A stretch of DNA of 64,000 nt, taken from assembly GCF_018977255.1 (NCBI RefSeq), contig NW_024704743.1, positions 65,226,001 to 65,290,000 of the forward strand, given 5' to 3'. Numbering within the stretch: the stretch's first letter is position 1; every line of letters begins with the position of its first letter. Shown piece by piece: positions 1 through 14,008 of this stretch. The notes beneath the pieces were generated by a model. It worked only from the letters and a program-made list of their open reading frames with translations, searched no databases and was not told the origin of the DNA. Source of the stretch: Callorhinchus milii (Eukaryota). Position numbers and translations under genes: made by a program.

Positions 1-3000
1 TAGTTGAATGGTACAGGTCAATTCTTGCCTGGCTTAACAATGAGCATGATGAATGATGTGACTGGTGCTTTAAAAGGAACTGGGCACCATACTAGTGTTT
101 TATAGATAAGGGGTAATGTCTGAAAGTGTCACGTAGTAACATGTATGCTTGACTGCTACGTTAAGAATTGAACAGGTTATTCCCTTTTAATGGAACTGTT
201 CATCCTTCTCATTCGACATGAGAGTACGACCATTTGCCATAGTTCTGGAATTAGAAATACTGTAATAAATCTCTAGATACAACCGGGATTGAAGTTTATA
301 GACGTAGCCCACCAAACACCTGTGAAGCACTATACTTTCTGCCTCTGTGCTGCTGAGCAGTTGCCTACAACTAGTCAAGGTTGAGCGAAGTAGATCGCAA
401 TGTTACATTGATTACCACAGAATCCTACTCATTTTATCGCATTATCTGAAGGAGAAATTTACTGAACTTACGGCATTTCCTCAAAGATATCTGATAAGAT
501 GGGTGGAGGTTAGGTTGTGGTAAATTCCAGATGATCTGAGGAAGAATGAGCTTGACGAGCTAATTGGCCTTTCCTCATTCCAAACATGCTTGCTATTGAG
601 AAGCCACATTGTGGGTTTACAGCAGTATCGAGCAATTTGGCCAGGAGGTAAAAAGGAAGAGCTAAAATTATTACTAACCAATTTAAAAAAATCCTAATAC
701 AGTATACACATGTAATGCACTTCCCTACATTACATGTGTATACTGTCAATGACCTGCAATAAGAATGATTTTTAATTTTTTTTTATTAATAACTGCCACT
801 TTGGCTCTAATGATGCAACAGTGTGGAGTAGGACATCAGAATTGCATGTGGTTTTAGCTTTAAAACTTTTATAATCCTAAAACTTCAGGTAGCGCAAAAT
901 GTTGGCAATTCCTCGAGTCGATCTTAATTTGTTTTTTTTTGGACTTCTTAAAAGGAACTGAACTAAAACGCTTTGAGACGTCCTCCTGACTTAAAAAGTG
1001 CTGCTGTATATAAATATAAATTGTCTTGTAAAGGGGTTCAAAATTAACATGAATAGTGTGTAAGAATTTGCCAAAATTCTGAATGCTCTGAAATTTGAAA
1101 ACAAAAGTTTTCAAGCTAGAACTATATAGTTTGTCGGCCCTACAATTTGGGGCTTTAATCATTGCCCCTCACCACCACTATTGACAACGTCTTGCATTTA
1201 TATAGCGCCTTCATGCAGAGTAGTGTTTCAGAACCAAGCCAGAGAGAGGGGAGAATTTCAAATGGATTTCATGTATTTTTTGTTAACATTGCAAGGTGGC
1301 AACCACAATATGTGGCATACATCAAGCAAACTACTCTTCAACAATAGTTTACTGAGCTCCAAACAACCATGACACCCGACTACATTCCCACTAACCCTGT
1401 GGGAATGTACATTAGACGATCTGACTTCCCTATTTAATACCTTTTTGATACACAACTTTTTAATTGGTATGAATTAGGCCAATATTAATAGAGGGGAAAA
1501 TACTACACCTAAATTACAAAGACATTTGAAAAGGCAACTTTCAATTTTTTAAAAATAAATTGCTTTTTCTTAATTTATTACTTTAAAGCAGCAGAACTGC
1601 CAAAAATAAAAGCTGAGTTCTGCACCCCCACGGCCAGTCTACTACAGTGTCAACATTATAATTAAACTTCTAATTTCAAATCATTGTAAATATCTGTCAA
1701 CTGCCAAATTACAGTGGGTGATTTAAACTTGATCTGTGTAGAACATTATAAATACCCGAGTGTAGCATTCCAGAAGCCACAAGTCAAATATATATAACCC
1801 CCTTTTTAAAGCTTCACACGCCAGATAACTTAGCACAACACATGTGTTATTAAAATCTTTCCCTTTGCCCTCACAAGGATAAACATTAGTTTAAAAAACT
1901 GCCTGTTTGTTGGAAAAGCTTCCTTTTAGGTAAAACCTCAATATAAACACCCAAACCCATCTTTCTTTCAAAAATAAATAATGGTTTTCCCCGCCCCAAC
2001 TAACAAAACTAAATAAAAACGCTTCATTGTATGTTTTGGGAGGATAAAGATTTGGGTATTTGGAAGCAAATTCAAATGAGGTTAATTACATAAGTGGCCT
2101 TTGGGAGCATGTTGCAAATCCAGTAAAACATGAAAGGTTCAAATTGAATCAAACCACAAAAGCAATTTATAAATGTTATCGAAGCCCAAGAATGCAACCA
2201 CATTGACCACACCTTCCAAACCGTTCTAATTTATTACATCTTGCAGACTGGTGAGCATGTGTGGCTTAATATTCTTTTCATTGCAAACTGTTATAGTAGT
2301 ATTTATTTGCCACAGTACTAACTCCATTAGTTCTACTGTCAACCTATTAAACCTTTCTGCCTTTTTCTCTTTCTATCCCTCTCCCCGCCTCTCTCACCCC
2401 AACCCCACATCTTTCTTTTGACACTTTTTCCTCTCCCTCTCACACTCTCTCCCTCTCTTCGACATTTTCTCTTTCTCTGACCCTCTCTCGTTGATTTTCT
2501 CGCTCTAACTCTCTTTCTGACTTTCTCTCTCTTGTTTCACTCTCTCTTCGCCACAAACTCTTTCCCTGTCACAAATTGCTGAATAGGTGGCAGGTGCAGT
2601 TTAATGTTGTGAAATACAGAACTACACCACACACTTTGCCACTTTACACACACTCTTGCAGCCAGAGAGTTGCACTGCATGGGATAAATGACTGGATAAT
2701 ACAATACAATTTATGTTTATACAGCGCCTTTCACATCAGGAGGGCATCTCAAAGCACTAGTCATAGTGAGCTGGGTGTCCGAAATGGGGTGTGGGTGGGG
2801 GGGGGGAAGATGACCAAAAGTGCAGTCAAAGAGTTAAGTCTCGAGTCAGGCTTTGAAAGTGGGTAGGAACAACAACAACTTGCATTTATATAATGCTCTG
2901 CACACAGGATAACGTCTCAGAACGCTTAAGGGAGGGAAATAAGTAACCCCAAGCAACTGAAATATTTTTCACAGTATCATCACACTGTACTTTATATTAT

Positions 3001-3484
3001 TATCGAGCGAGGTTAGACCTGCTCACCTTCATTAACCAAGTTAGACCAAATACGTTCCATTTAGGGAACAAGGGTTGTCCCCCCAAACTCTTCTAGGCCC
3101 CAAATTGTCAAAGGACAATGCGGACCTGAAACCTGTCATCATGACCACCCGAGCAAGTCACGCTGCACTTTCACTTCATGGCACCCATGCAGGTAATAAT
3201 AATTCTTGCATTTGATATAGCGCTTTTTCACGTCTTCTAGACATCTCAAAGCGCTTCACAAAATATACTGTAAAATGAATTGACTGTATATTTGTGGGCG
3301 AAATGTGGCAGCCAATTGCGCACAGCAGTGTCCCACAAACAGTCGTGGATTAAAGTGACCAATTTTATTAGGTTTTTTTTCTTGAGGAATTATTTTTAGG
3401 CGTCTGGAGTAAGGAAACTTGCTAAGGTTTTGCCCTGCCCAAGGTTTTGCATGCTAATAATAAGCAGGCATGCAAACACTCAAA

Positions 3485-3904
3485 TTCACTGGCTCCCTGT
3501 CACAGAGCGGATCAACTTCAAGATCCTCACTCTCGTGTTTAAATCCCTCCTTTCCTTGGCAGCCCCCTATCTCTCTAACCTCCTCTCTCCCCACAGCACT
3601 ACCCGCTGCCTCCGCTGTACTGGGTCCAGCCTCCTCCGCGTCTCCCGAATCCTCCGCTCCACCATCAGCGGCCATGCTACCTTCAGCCTCTAAGCCCCGA
3701 AACTTTGGAACTCTCTCCCTCAACCTCTTCGCCTCGCCCCCTCCTTCCCCATCTTTAGGTTGTGCCTGAAGATCTTCCTCTTCGACCGCACCTATGGTCA
3801 CCTTCACCCTCCCCTTGGCTCGGCCTTGGGCTCTGTCATTGTTAAGTGCTCTGAGACGCCACCCGGAGTGGAGGGCGCTATATAAATGCAAGTTGTTGTT
3901 GTTG
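3485..3904 (+). mobile_element. L2-type LINE 3' fragment
   Basis: HWLPVTERINFKILTLVFKSL motif; gcgctatataaatgcaag(ttg)n tail. Confidence 0.75.
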
Positions 3905-6764
3905 TATGTGCTACATACTATAATCACTTTTATAGTCTTCTGCTTCTAATGTTCTTCCAGTTCCCCTCTGAAGTAACACTCTGTATGACAAAGTTCACTC
4001 AAGCTTTTTGCCAGCAGCACTCTTGAACTGCTGCCTTCTTGATTGCCTTCTTCCTCCAACTCGCCCCCTCCCCACTCCCTACCCAGTTTCAAAGCCCACC
4101 TAAAGACTTACCTCTTTGATTGCACTTTCAGTCATATCTGAGCACCCCCCACTCCAGTTTGGGTACCCAGCTCACTGAGTAAAGTGCTTTGAGGTGCTCT
4201 CCTGATGTGAAAGGCACTGCATAAACATATATTGTATTGTATTATACAGTCTCTCTAAACCTTTCAGAATTCTGAAGACCTCTCTATTATATCCTCGCTT
4301 AACCTTCTCTGTTCCAGTTGAAACAATCATAATTTTTTCGTCTCTCCTCATAATTATAATCATTTTTGCTTGGTATCATCTATTTGTACCTACATCTTAC
4401 CTTTTCTATGGTTCTGATGTCCTTACTGTAATTGGGCATCCAGAACTATTGTACAGTGTAAATTCACTGATAAGAACAGCAATAATAAGGTAGCCCTCAC
4501 TCATCAGTTTATGTTATTGTACTGTATAATAGAATGTTGAACCCCTGCAAAAAACTGACTGTATTAGTGAGAAGACCATCAGTGGGGTCATATTAAGTGA
4601 ATTGCACTGTATTTACTGATATTGATCATAAAGCATGGAATTTTCATTAAAAATTACATCAAAAATCTGGATGGACCTTAGAATTAATGGTGCCTTAGAT
4701 ATGCAGACTTTATGTCCACATCGAGGCAGCTGACTAAAATAAACTTGGGCTGCAATGTTAGGGAAAAATAAGTTATGCTCGTGCAAAGGAGGTTTGTGGC
4801 TGAGTTTAGCATAATTGACACCAAGATATTAATTTTGCACAGATATAGTGATTGATTGAAGACTAAGACAGAAACACAGGAAGAGAGAAAGAAACAGAGC
4901 AAAAAAAGGTCAGTGAGAAAGTGTGAAATATTGTGCGTTTCGCCCACAAAATACACAGTCACTCCATTTTACAATATAGTCTGTGAAGCGCTTTGAGACG
5001 TCTTGAAGATGTGATAGGGCGCTGCATCAAATGCAAGGATTATTATGGATTATTAATATGGCAGGCAAACAAATAGAGAAGGAGAGAGCGAGGGAGAAAG
5101 ACAGAGAGAGGGAATAATAATCCGTGCATTTGATATAGAGGCTTTCATGTCAATAGGATGTCTCAAACTGCTTCACAGGATAAACTAAAGTATACTAATT
5201 GTGTAGTTCATAGGCAAAACACAATAGCCAATTTGCACACAGTAAAGTCGGCCAAACAGCCCTGAAGTGAATGTCCAAATTTATCTGCAGATTGTTGACC
5301 AGGCCACCAAGAGAAACTCTGTTCTTTTTTCGAATAGTGCCATGGGATCTTTAACGTCCAACTGGACAGTCAGACAGGACCTCAGTTTAATGGCTCATCC
5401 AAAGGACAGCATCTCCAATAATGCAGCACACCCACGATATAATACAATTTACACTTAGATAAGAGTCTTTCACGTATGGAGGACGTGCTAAATCGCTTGA
5501 TATTTCTTGCTGGGTACCAGAGCTGAAGGGAATGAGAAGGGGAAAGACGACCAAAAGCACAGTCGGTCAAAGAGGTACATTTTGAGGCATAGCTTTAAAG
5601 AAGGTGAGGGAGGAAGCAAGTTGGAGGGACATGAGAACCGAGTTCTAGAGAGTGAGTGGCAGAAAGTGACAGGGAGCGGGGGTACAAGACCCACCTTGTA
5701 ACTAGAGGGCCCGAGGTGGGGAAGCATTGGTCCCTCCACCAAGCTGGAGTACACAGAGACAACCCCCACCCACCCACCAACCCACCCACCACCACGACAA
5801 GGAGCTGGGTCTGTTACGTCCTGTAACGGGATAAAACTTGGTTGTGTTTCTTCCTGTCATTGTAATTACTTCTTTTGAGATAAGTGTAAACATATACTCT
5901 ATCTACAAATAAATATACTATATATTTTGTTTTAAAAAAAAGTAGCAGAAAGGCCGTCACCTCCACAGCACTGCATTGGAGTGTCAGCATAGACTATATC
6001 GGTTCCAAGTCCCAACATGGAGCCTGAAGCCACATCCTTCTAACTGAGGCGAGAGTGCTACCAACTGAGCCAGGCTGACACTCAGGCTGATACATTACTA
6101 CCATTACAACAACAACAACCCGCATTTGTATAGCTCCCCCCATACAGGATAGCGCCCCAGAGCGCTGGACAGTGGTGGAGCACAACGCCAAGCCGGCGGC
6201 GGGGGGGGGGGGGGGTGGATAACTAAGACCCCCCATCCTGTCTTCACAAGAGAGGACAGGAAGTAAGTAAAATATTAGTATTGGTTACAATTGAATTAAT
6301 AAATGATAAAAATTTAATTTTACTAAGAAATAATTATACTTCTGTAAACAGACATGAAAATGATCAGATTATTTGATTATTATTAAAATCTAATGTAAGA
6401 TAGAAAAACAAATTATGATGATACAAGCTTTAAGATAATCACCCCACACAGCACACATACCTATTATCAATGCTTGTTTCCTTATGAATAATAGTCACTC
6501 ATCTGTATTTCCCTGCACTGCTTTAAATCAAGTTGATCTTCTTACACCATTTCACAGCAATGCTTAATCACCCACCAAAGTCTGCCTACTTCCAGTAACT
6601 GATCTAAAAACACAACACAAAATACAACCAGGATGCTTTGCTATGCATGAACACGTTGAGATAGTGGACCTAAAAATAAAACCAAAATGTGCGTTACGGC
6701 AAACAAGCACTTATGTGTATTTTCAGAGGCTGTGCTCAGCAGTCAAAGAATAAATAAACATCAT

Positions 6765-7147
6765 GATATCCACAACAGTGTCCAACATGTCTCGAAAAGT
6801 CTCAAAGGATTTACTGAAAAGTGTAGTGACTGTGTATTTGTGGGCAATAGCAACAGCCAATCACGCACAGCAATGTCCCACAAACAGCTATGAAGTAAAA
6901 GACCAATTTTATTTGTGCCCGGGAGAAACTCCCTTCTCTTTGTGAACAGGGGATGGAATCTTTAGCGTCCACCTGACCAGGCAGATGGGACCTCAGTTAA
7001 ATGTCTCATTCTAAGGGCACATCCAATTATGCAGCACTGCTGTAGCACTGCATGGGAGTAGCAGCCTGGACTATGGACTACACTTCTGATGGTGGGGGGG
7101 TCTGAACTCACAACCTTCTCACTTAGAAATGAGAGCCAGGCTGACAC
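6765..7147 (-). mobile_element. Deu-domain SINE
   Basis: Reverse-complement head, core and tail motifs. Confidence 0.55.
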
Positions 7148-9185
7148 TCGGTTGCATTCAATAGAATCTCATTGGATGCATTACTCAGCGACACTTTTAA
7201 GTACACAAAGGAAGGCACTGGTTGCCTCACATAAATCACTTTGGGTGCAATATACTCAGAATATTTTTGGCCCAATGGATGTCTGACATATGCAAAACCC
7301 ATCACCGTGTCCATCACCCAAGTATCCACACTAGACTGAGAGTTCCCTACTTGGATATTTCTGTTTCTGGAGTGAAATGCATACTTCCACCTTAAAGGAA
7401 CGCATCCTGCTTACCTGATTCCAGAAATTATTAGGCGCAAGTTGGCAAGAGCCAAAACTTGGGAGACCCCAGAGTGTGCGTTGGGGTACTGCTAGAGTCT
7501 AACCAGCTAAAACCACTTAGCTTGTCATCAAAAGCACTGTTGTGTACACTTCCCCCTGCTTCTCCATCTAGGACAACCCAACCCATCAGGACTTTGGCTT
7601 ACAGGGCTAACGGGATCGGAGTGGGAGAATCCATGGCCCCAGTGATTGGTCTGCCCCTTCAAGTCCTGCTGATGAGCGAGGCTGGCTGTGCTGGCATCAG
7701 CAGTAGCCCAGAATACTGTGGATCTGCCTGGCTCAGGAACTAAACTATCGAGACGGCCATAGAGGGCTGGTATGATTCCGGCATTCCTTTGCCAAGCACA
7801 TCACCTTGGAACCAGCTGAATTTTTTCGAAACACTGTTTGCCTCCCCCCAAAGACGATATTCACTGGTTGGTCAAACAGGTAGAGGTGCTGGTTATATTT
7901 CAGAGAGGAGCTGGTTATATTAGACATGTTGGCTGCATTATACACAAATTATACTTGTGTAGCGCTTCTCACATCAGGAGGACGTCCCAAGGCACTGGAT
8001 AGTCAGGAATCCGCATCCGAGCTGGTGGTTGGGATCAGAAGGAGTGAAGGGCAGGAAGGGTAGTGATAGGAGGGTGACCGAAGGCACGGTCGAAGAGGAG
8101 GGTCTTGAGACGGGTCTTGAAGGAGGCAAGGGAGGGGGCGAGCCGGAGGGACTGTGGGATGGAGTTCCAAAGGGTGGAAGCAGAGTGGCAGAAGGCCCGC
8201 TTGCCAATGGTGCGACAGGCAAGACGGGGGATGTGAAGCAGGCCAGAAATGTACTGGTTGCATTCCAGTCACAGTCGCCGTATAAGGAAGAAGTGTTGGT
8301 TGCATGATATGGCAGAGTCAGTGCCTTACCGAGAGGACTGGTCACAGTCACACTGGTATCACACTGGAAGAAAAATTTGACCTGGATGTAAATTTACTCA
8401 ATATCCTTAGCATTTCAGAATGTTCAGAACATTTCAGAATTGTTAAATTGAGTCTTATCTTTGATGGCACTGTTTGCTGTTGTTCTTAAAATAACTTATA
8501 ATGAACAAGTTTAACAATTAAGACATTAATTAAGAATTTGTCAGGTTCTGGACACAATGAAATGCTAAAAAATATTAGATTAAATCTAGATCCAGATGGA
8601 ATCTCACCCCCAAATCCTGGTCCTGGTTATATTACAGTATAGCTTGCATAGGTCTGATCTGTATCAATTTATAATCGCCTAAGTCATACATGTGTATATT
8701 GAAGTCCTGTTCAATTTCCTACTAAATCCACTTAAATGCACAAGTTGTATTAACAACCACCGTAACTCGTAATGTTGTTTCACGCACCTGTCTCAAATGG
8801 AACACATGAGGTACAGTACTATGCAGTATGGGCTATCGTAGTTTTAACATGCACGGGTTAAACATGATACAAAATCCTTAACCTTAATATTACCAGCCAG
8901 TACAGTATTTTTGTATTTGTTATGCGTAAGTCATATAAAATCCGACTTATACATAACTTTACATAAGTCGCAAGTTATCATAACTGACATAACTCATACT
9001 TTACAGAACTTATATTAAATGCGTGGTCCCAACTGAGTGGCGCTTGTTGCATTACACAGAGTGGGGTTGGGTGCAGAGGGAACAGCGAGGCATTGGGTGA
9101 GGTGCCAGGGTGAGGTGTGTGTAGTTATTGTCAGGTCCAGAGTTTCCAGGGAAACAGCTGAAGCTCAGGAACAGCAGCGCCTGGT

Positions 9186-9291
9186 GAGCAGGGGAGGCTG
9201 GGGTGGGTTGGGCAGGGGAGGCTGGGGTGGGTTGGGCAGGGGAGGCTGGGGTGGGTTGGGCAGGGGAGGCTGGGGTGGGTTGGGCAGGGGA
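9186..9291 (+). repeat. 24-nt G-rich tandem repeat (gggcaggggaggctggggtgggtt), about 4 copies
   Basis: Visible direct tandem copies. Confidence 0.85.
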
Positions 9292-9595
9292 GACTGACCT
9301 ACATCTGACTCGCTGCAGTATTAAACCTTCCTCCCATTTCTGCCTGTCTGTAAAGCCCCTGTTTCCCTCCCTCCCTGGCAGCCACCCTGACCCTGACCAC
9401 CCTGACCCAGCACCTACCCTGTGGGCGGTCTGGAGGCAGCAGTCGGCTCCATGTCTCCAGCTCCTTCCTCTTCAGTCGCTTCCCTTCCCTTCACTCCCCA
9501 GAGCCGAGCTGTGAGCTGTCCACGGAGTTACTGTAACCACAGACATGGGGACAGCCAGTCACAGCCACACAGCACCACAGCCACACAGCACCACA

Positions 9596-10105
9596 GCAAC
9601 AACAACAAGGTTACATTTGTATAGCGCCTTTCACGTCGGGAGGACGTCCCAAGGCGCTGGACAGTGTACAGCATTTCAGACCCGAGCTGGGGTCAGGGGG
9701 GAGAAAGGAGGGGAGGGGAAGGGGGTTGGCCGATGGCATGGTCGAAGAGGAGGGTCTTGAGGCGGGACTTGAAGGAGGCTAAGGAGGGGGTAAGCCGGAG
9801 TGACTGGGGGATGGAATTCCAGAGGTTGGGGGCAGAGTGGCTGAAGGCTCTCCCACCAATGGTGGGGGGGATTGGGGGACGTTGAACAGGTCGGAGCCGG
9901 CTGAGCGGAGGGAGCGGGCGGGTTGGTTGGGGGTTAGGAGGTCACAGAGGTAGGGTGGGGCGAGGCCATGGAGGGCTTTGTAGGTGAGGACCAGGATCTT
10001 GAACTGGATCCTCTGAAGGACAGAGAGCCAATGGAGTCGGGCGAGAGTGGGGGAGATGGGGTCATGGAGTTTGGTGCAGTGTTCTGGATTATCTGCAGCC
10101 TGTGG
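9596..10105 (-). mobile_element. L2-type LINE 3' fragment
   Basis: Minus strand LHRLQIIQN...LHWL; (ttg)n tail. Confidence 0.75.
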
Positions 10106-10187
10106 AGCACCAAAGCTCCACTCAAATAAGGGGGTAATTCAGTACCAACTCAACATTTGCAACAAGTGAGCCTCAGACATTCAACAG

Positions 10188-10615
10188 TGTGTATGTGTCA
10201 GTGTCAGTGTATGTGTTAGTGTCAGTGTGTGTATTAGTGTCAGTGTCAGTGTTAATGTGTGTGTCAGTGTCAGTGTTAATGTGTGTGTCAGTGTCAGTGT
10301 GTGTGTGTTAGTGTCAGTTGGTGTATTAGTGTCAGTGTGTGTGTTAGTGTCAGTGTGTGTTAGTCTTAGTATGTTAATACTAGTGTTAGTGTCAGTGAGT
10401 GTGTCAGTGTGTGTTAGTATGTTAGTGTTTATTAGTGTGTGTTAGTCTCAGTGTTAGTGTCAGTGCGTGTGTCAGTGTGTGTTATTGGTGTTAGTGCGTG
10501 TTAGTGTTTATTAGTGTGTATAAGTGTCAGTGTTAGTGTGTGTGTTAGTGTATGTTAGTGTCAGTGTTAGTGTCAGTGTGTGTGTTAGTGCATATTAGTG
10601 CATGTCAGTGTGTGT
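10188..10615 (+). repeat. Degenerate GT-rich satellite (gtgtca/gtgtta units)
   Basis: Low-complexity tandem pattern. Confidence 0.9.
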
Positions 10616-10689
10616 ACAGTACATTATTTCTCTCTCCTGATCAGCTCACGACAAATGTACAGAATTATCGCAGTGAATAAGCGGTCAGT

Positions 10690-11769
10690 AACACAGCCCG
10701 ACACCCGGCTCAGCCCGACAGCCCAACACAGCCCGACACCCGACACAGCCCAACACAGCCCGACACCCGACACAGCCCAACACAGCCCGACACCCGACAC
10801 AGCCCAACACAGCCCGACATCCGACACAGCCCGGCACACCTGACACAGCCCGACACCCGACACAGCCCGACATAGCCCGACACACCTGACACAGCCCGAC
10901 ACCCGACACAGCCTGACATAGCCCGACACACCTGACACAGCCCGACACCCGACACAGCCCGACACAGCTTGACACCCAACACAGCCTGATACAGCCCGAC
11001 ACCCGATACAGCCCGACACCCGACACAGCCTGACATCCGACACAGCCCGACACCCAGCTCAGCCCGAAACTCGACACAGCCTGATACAGCCCGACACCTG
11101 ACACAGCCCGACACCCGATACAGCCCGACACCCGGCTCAGCCCGAAACCCGACACAGCCCAACACCCGACACAGCCCGACACAGCCCGACACCCGACACA
11201 GCCCGACACAGCCCGACACCCGACACAGCCCGACACAGCCCGACACCCGACACAGCCCGACACCCGATACAGCCCGACACAGCCCGACACCCGAAACAGC
11301 CCGACACAGCCCGACACCCGACACAGCCCGACACAGCCCGACACCCGACACAGCCCGACACCCGACACAGTCCGACACCCCGACACAGCCCGATACAGCC
11401 CGACACCCCGACACAGCCCGACACCCGACACAGCCCGACCCAGCCCGACACCCGACACAGCCCGACACAGCCCGACACCCGACACAGCCCGATACAGCCC
11501 GACACCCGACACAGCCCGACACCCGACACAGCCCGACACAGCCCGACACCCGACACAGCCCGACACAGCCCGACACCGACACAGCCCGACACAGCCCGAC
11601 ACCCGACACAGCCCGACACCCGACACAGTCCGACACCCCGACACAGCCCGATACAGCCCGACACCCGACACAGCCCGACACCCGACACAGCCCGACCCAG
11701 CCCGACACCCGACACAGCCCGACACAGCCCGACACCCGACACAGCCCGACACCCGACACAGCCCGACAC
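10690..11769 (+). repeat. CpG-rich minisatellite (cccgacacag/cccgaca units)
   Basis: About 1.1 kb of 7- and 10-nt units. Confidence 0.95.
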
Positions 11770-11871
11770 TGTGGCTGTCACTCACTGTCACTGTCACTGT
11801 CGCTGCTCCGCCGTCGGGATCGCTTTCTGGTCATTGTTCACATCCACAACAACAGGTGTCACTGCCCCGAG

Positions 11872-12470
11872 CCCTGCCCTGCCCTGCACACACTGCCCTG
11901 CCCTGCCCTGCACACACTGCCCTGCCCTGCCCTGCACACACTGCCCTGCCCTGCCCTGCCCTGCCCTGCACACACTGCCCTGCCCTGCCCTGCCCTGCCC
12001 TGCACACACTGCCCTGCCCTGCCCTGCACACACTGCCCTGCCCTGCCCTGCACACACTGCCCTGCCCTGCCCTGCACACACTGCCCTGCCCTGCCCTGCA
12101 CACACTGCCCTGCCCTGCACACACTGCCCTGCCCTGCCCTGCACACACTGCCCTGCCCTGCCCTGCACACACTGCCCTGCCCTGCCCTGCCCTGCACACA
12201 CTGCCCTGCCCTGCACACACTGCCCTGCCCTGCCCTGCACACACTGCCCTGCCCTGCCCTGCACACACTGCCCTGCCCTGCACACACTGCCCTGCCCTGC
12301 ACACACTGCCCTGCCCTGCCCTGCACACACTGCCCTGCCCTGCCCTGCCCTGCCCTGCACACACTGCCCTGCCCTGCACACACTGCCCTGCCCTGCCCTG
12401 CACACACTGCCCTGCCCTGCACACACTGCCCTGCCCTGCACACACAGCTCTGCACTGCCCTGCACTGCAC
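11872..12470 (+). repeat. (ccctg)n-cacacactg satellite
   Basis: Tandem units; a shorter mirror lies at about 36660-36920. Confidence 0.95.
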
Positions 12471-12504
12471 AGCCCCGCCCACACTGCCGGCTTCGGCTCT
12501 CTCC

Positions 12505-14008
12505 GGTGTGGGTCCCGGGGGTTTGGGTGCCGGGGGTGTGGGTGTCGGGGGTGTGGGTGCCGGGGGGTGGTGCGGGGGTGTGGGTGCCGGGGTGCGGGTG
12601 CTGTGGGTGCCGGGGGTGCGGGTGCCGGGTGTGGGTGCTGTGGGTGCCGGGGGTGTGGGTGCTGTGGGTGCCGGGGGTGTGGGTGCCGGGGGTGGGTGCG
12701 GGGGTGTGAGTGCCGGGGGTGTGGGTGCTGTGGGTGTGGGTGCTGTGGGTGCCGGGGGTGTGGGTGCCGGGGTGTGGGTGCCGGGGGTGTGGGTGCCGGG
12801 GGTGTGGGTGCCGGGGGTGTGGGTGCCGGGGGTGTGGGTGCCCGGGGGTGTGGGTGCTGTGGGTGCCGGGGGTGTGGGTGCCGGGGGTGTGGTGCCGGGG
12901 TGTGAGTGCCGGGGGTGTGGGTGCTGTGGGTGTGGGTGCCGGGGGTGTGGGTGCTGTGGGTGTGGGTGCCGGGGGTGTGGGTGCTGTGGGGTGTGGGTGC
13001 CGGGGGTGTGGTGCCGGGGGTGTGGGTGCCGGGGTGTGGGTGCTGTGGGTGGGGTGCCGGGGTGTGGGTGCTGTGGGTGTGGGTGCCGGGGTGTGGGTGC
13101 CGGGGGTGTGGTGCTGTGGGTGCCGGGGTGTGGGTGCCGGGGGTGTGGGTGCTGTGGGTGCCGGGGTGTGGGTGCCGGGGGTGTGGGTGCCGGGGTGTGG
13201 GTGCCGGGGGTGTGAGTGCCGGGGTGTGAGTGCCGGGGTGTGAGTGCTGTGGGTGTGGGTGCCGGGGGTGTGGGTGCTGTGGGTGTGAGTGCCGGGGGTG
13301 TGGGTGCTGTGGGTGTGGGTGCGGGGTGTGGGTGCCGGGGGTGCGGGTGCTGTGGGTGCCGGGGGTGTGGGTGCCGGGGTGTGGGTGCGGGGTGTGGGTG
13401 CCGGGGTGCGGGTGCTGTGGGTGCGGGTGCTGTGGGTGCCGGGGGTGTGGGTGCTGTGGGTGCGGGGGTGTGGGTGCGGGGGTGCTGTGGGTGCCGGGGT
13501 GTGGGTGCTGTGGGTGCCGGGTGGTGGGTGCCGGGGGTGTGGGTGCCGGGGGTGTGGGTGCTGTGGGTGCCGGGGGTGTGGGTGCCGGGGGTGTGGGTGC
13601 CGGGGGTGTGAGTGCCGGGGGTGTGGGTGCTGGAGTGCCGGGGGTGTGGGTGCCGGGGGTGTGGGTGCCGGGGGTGTGGGTGCTGTGGGTGCCGGGGGTG
13701 TGGGTGCCGTGGGTGTGGGTGCCGGGGGTGTGGTGCCGGGGTGTGGGTGCCGGGTGTGGGTGCCGGGGTGTGGGTGCCGGGGGTGTGGGTGCCGGGGGTG
13801 TGGGTGCCGGGGGTGTGGGTGCTGTGGGTGCCGGGGGTGTGGGTGCCGGGGTGTGGGTGCTGTGGGTGCCGGGGTGCGGGTGCCGGGGGTGTGGGTGCCG
13901 GGGGTGTGGGTGCCGGGGTGTGGGTGCCGGGGTGTGGGTGCTGTGGGTGCCGGGGGTGTGGGTGCCGGGGGTGTGGGTGCTGTGGGTGCCGGGGGTGCGG
14001 GTGCCGGT
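12505..14008 (+). repeat. G-rich minisatellite (gggtgccgggggtgt / gggtgctgt)
   Basis: About 1.5 kb of 9-15-nt units with G3-G5 runs; a shorter mirror lies at about 36316-36630. Confidence 0.95.

Noticed and set aside
4655..4750. Possible minus-strand exon (ttgcag...ttttgat/gtaatt) whose end resembles HUS1 exon 4
   Set aside because: In-frame stop and no real protein similarity; likely coincidence.
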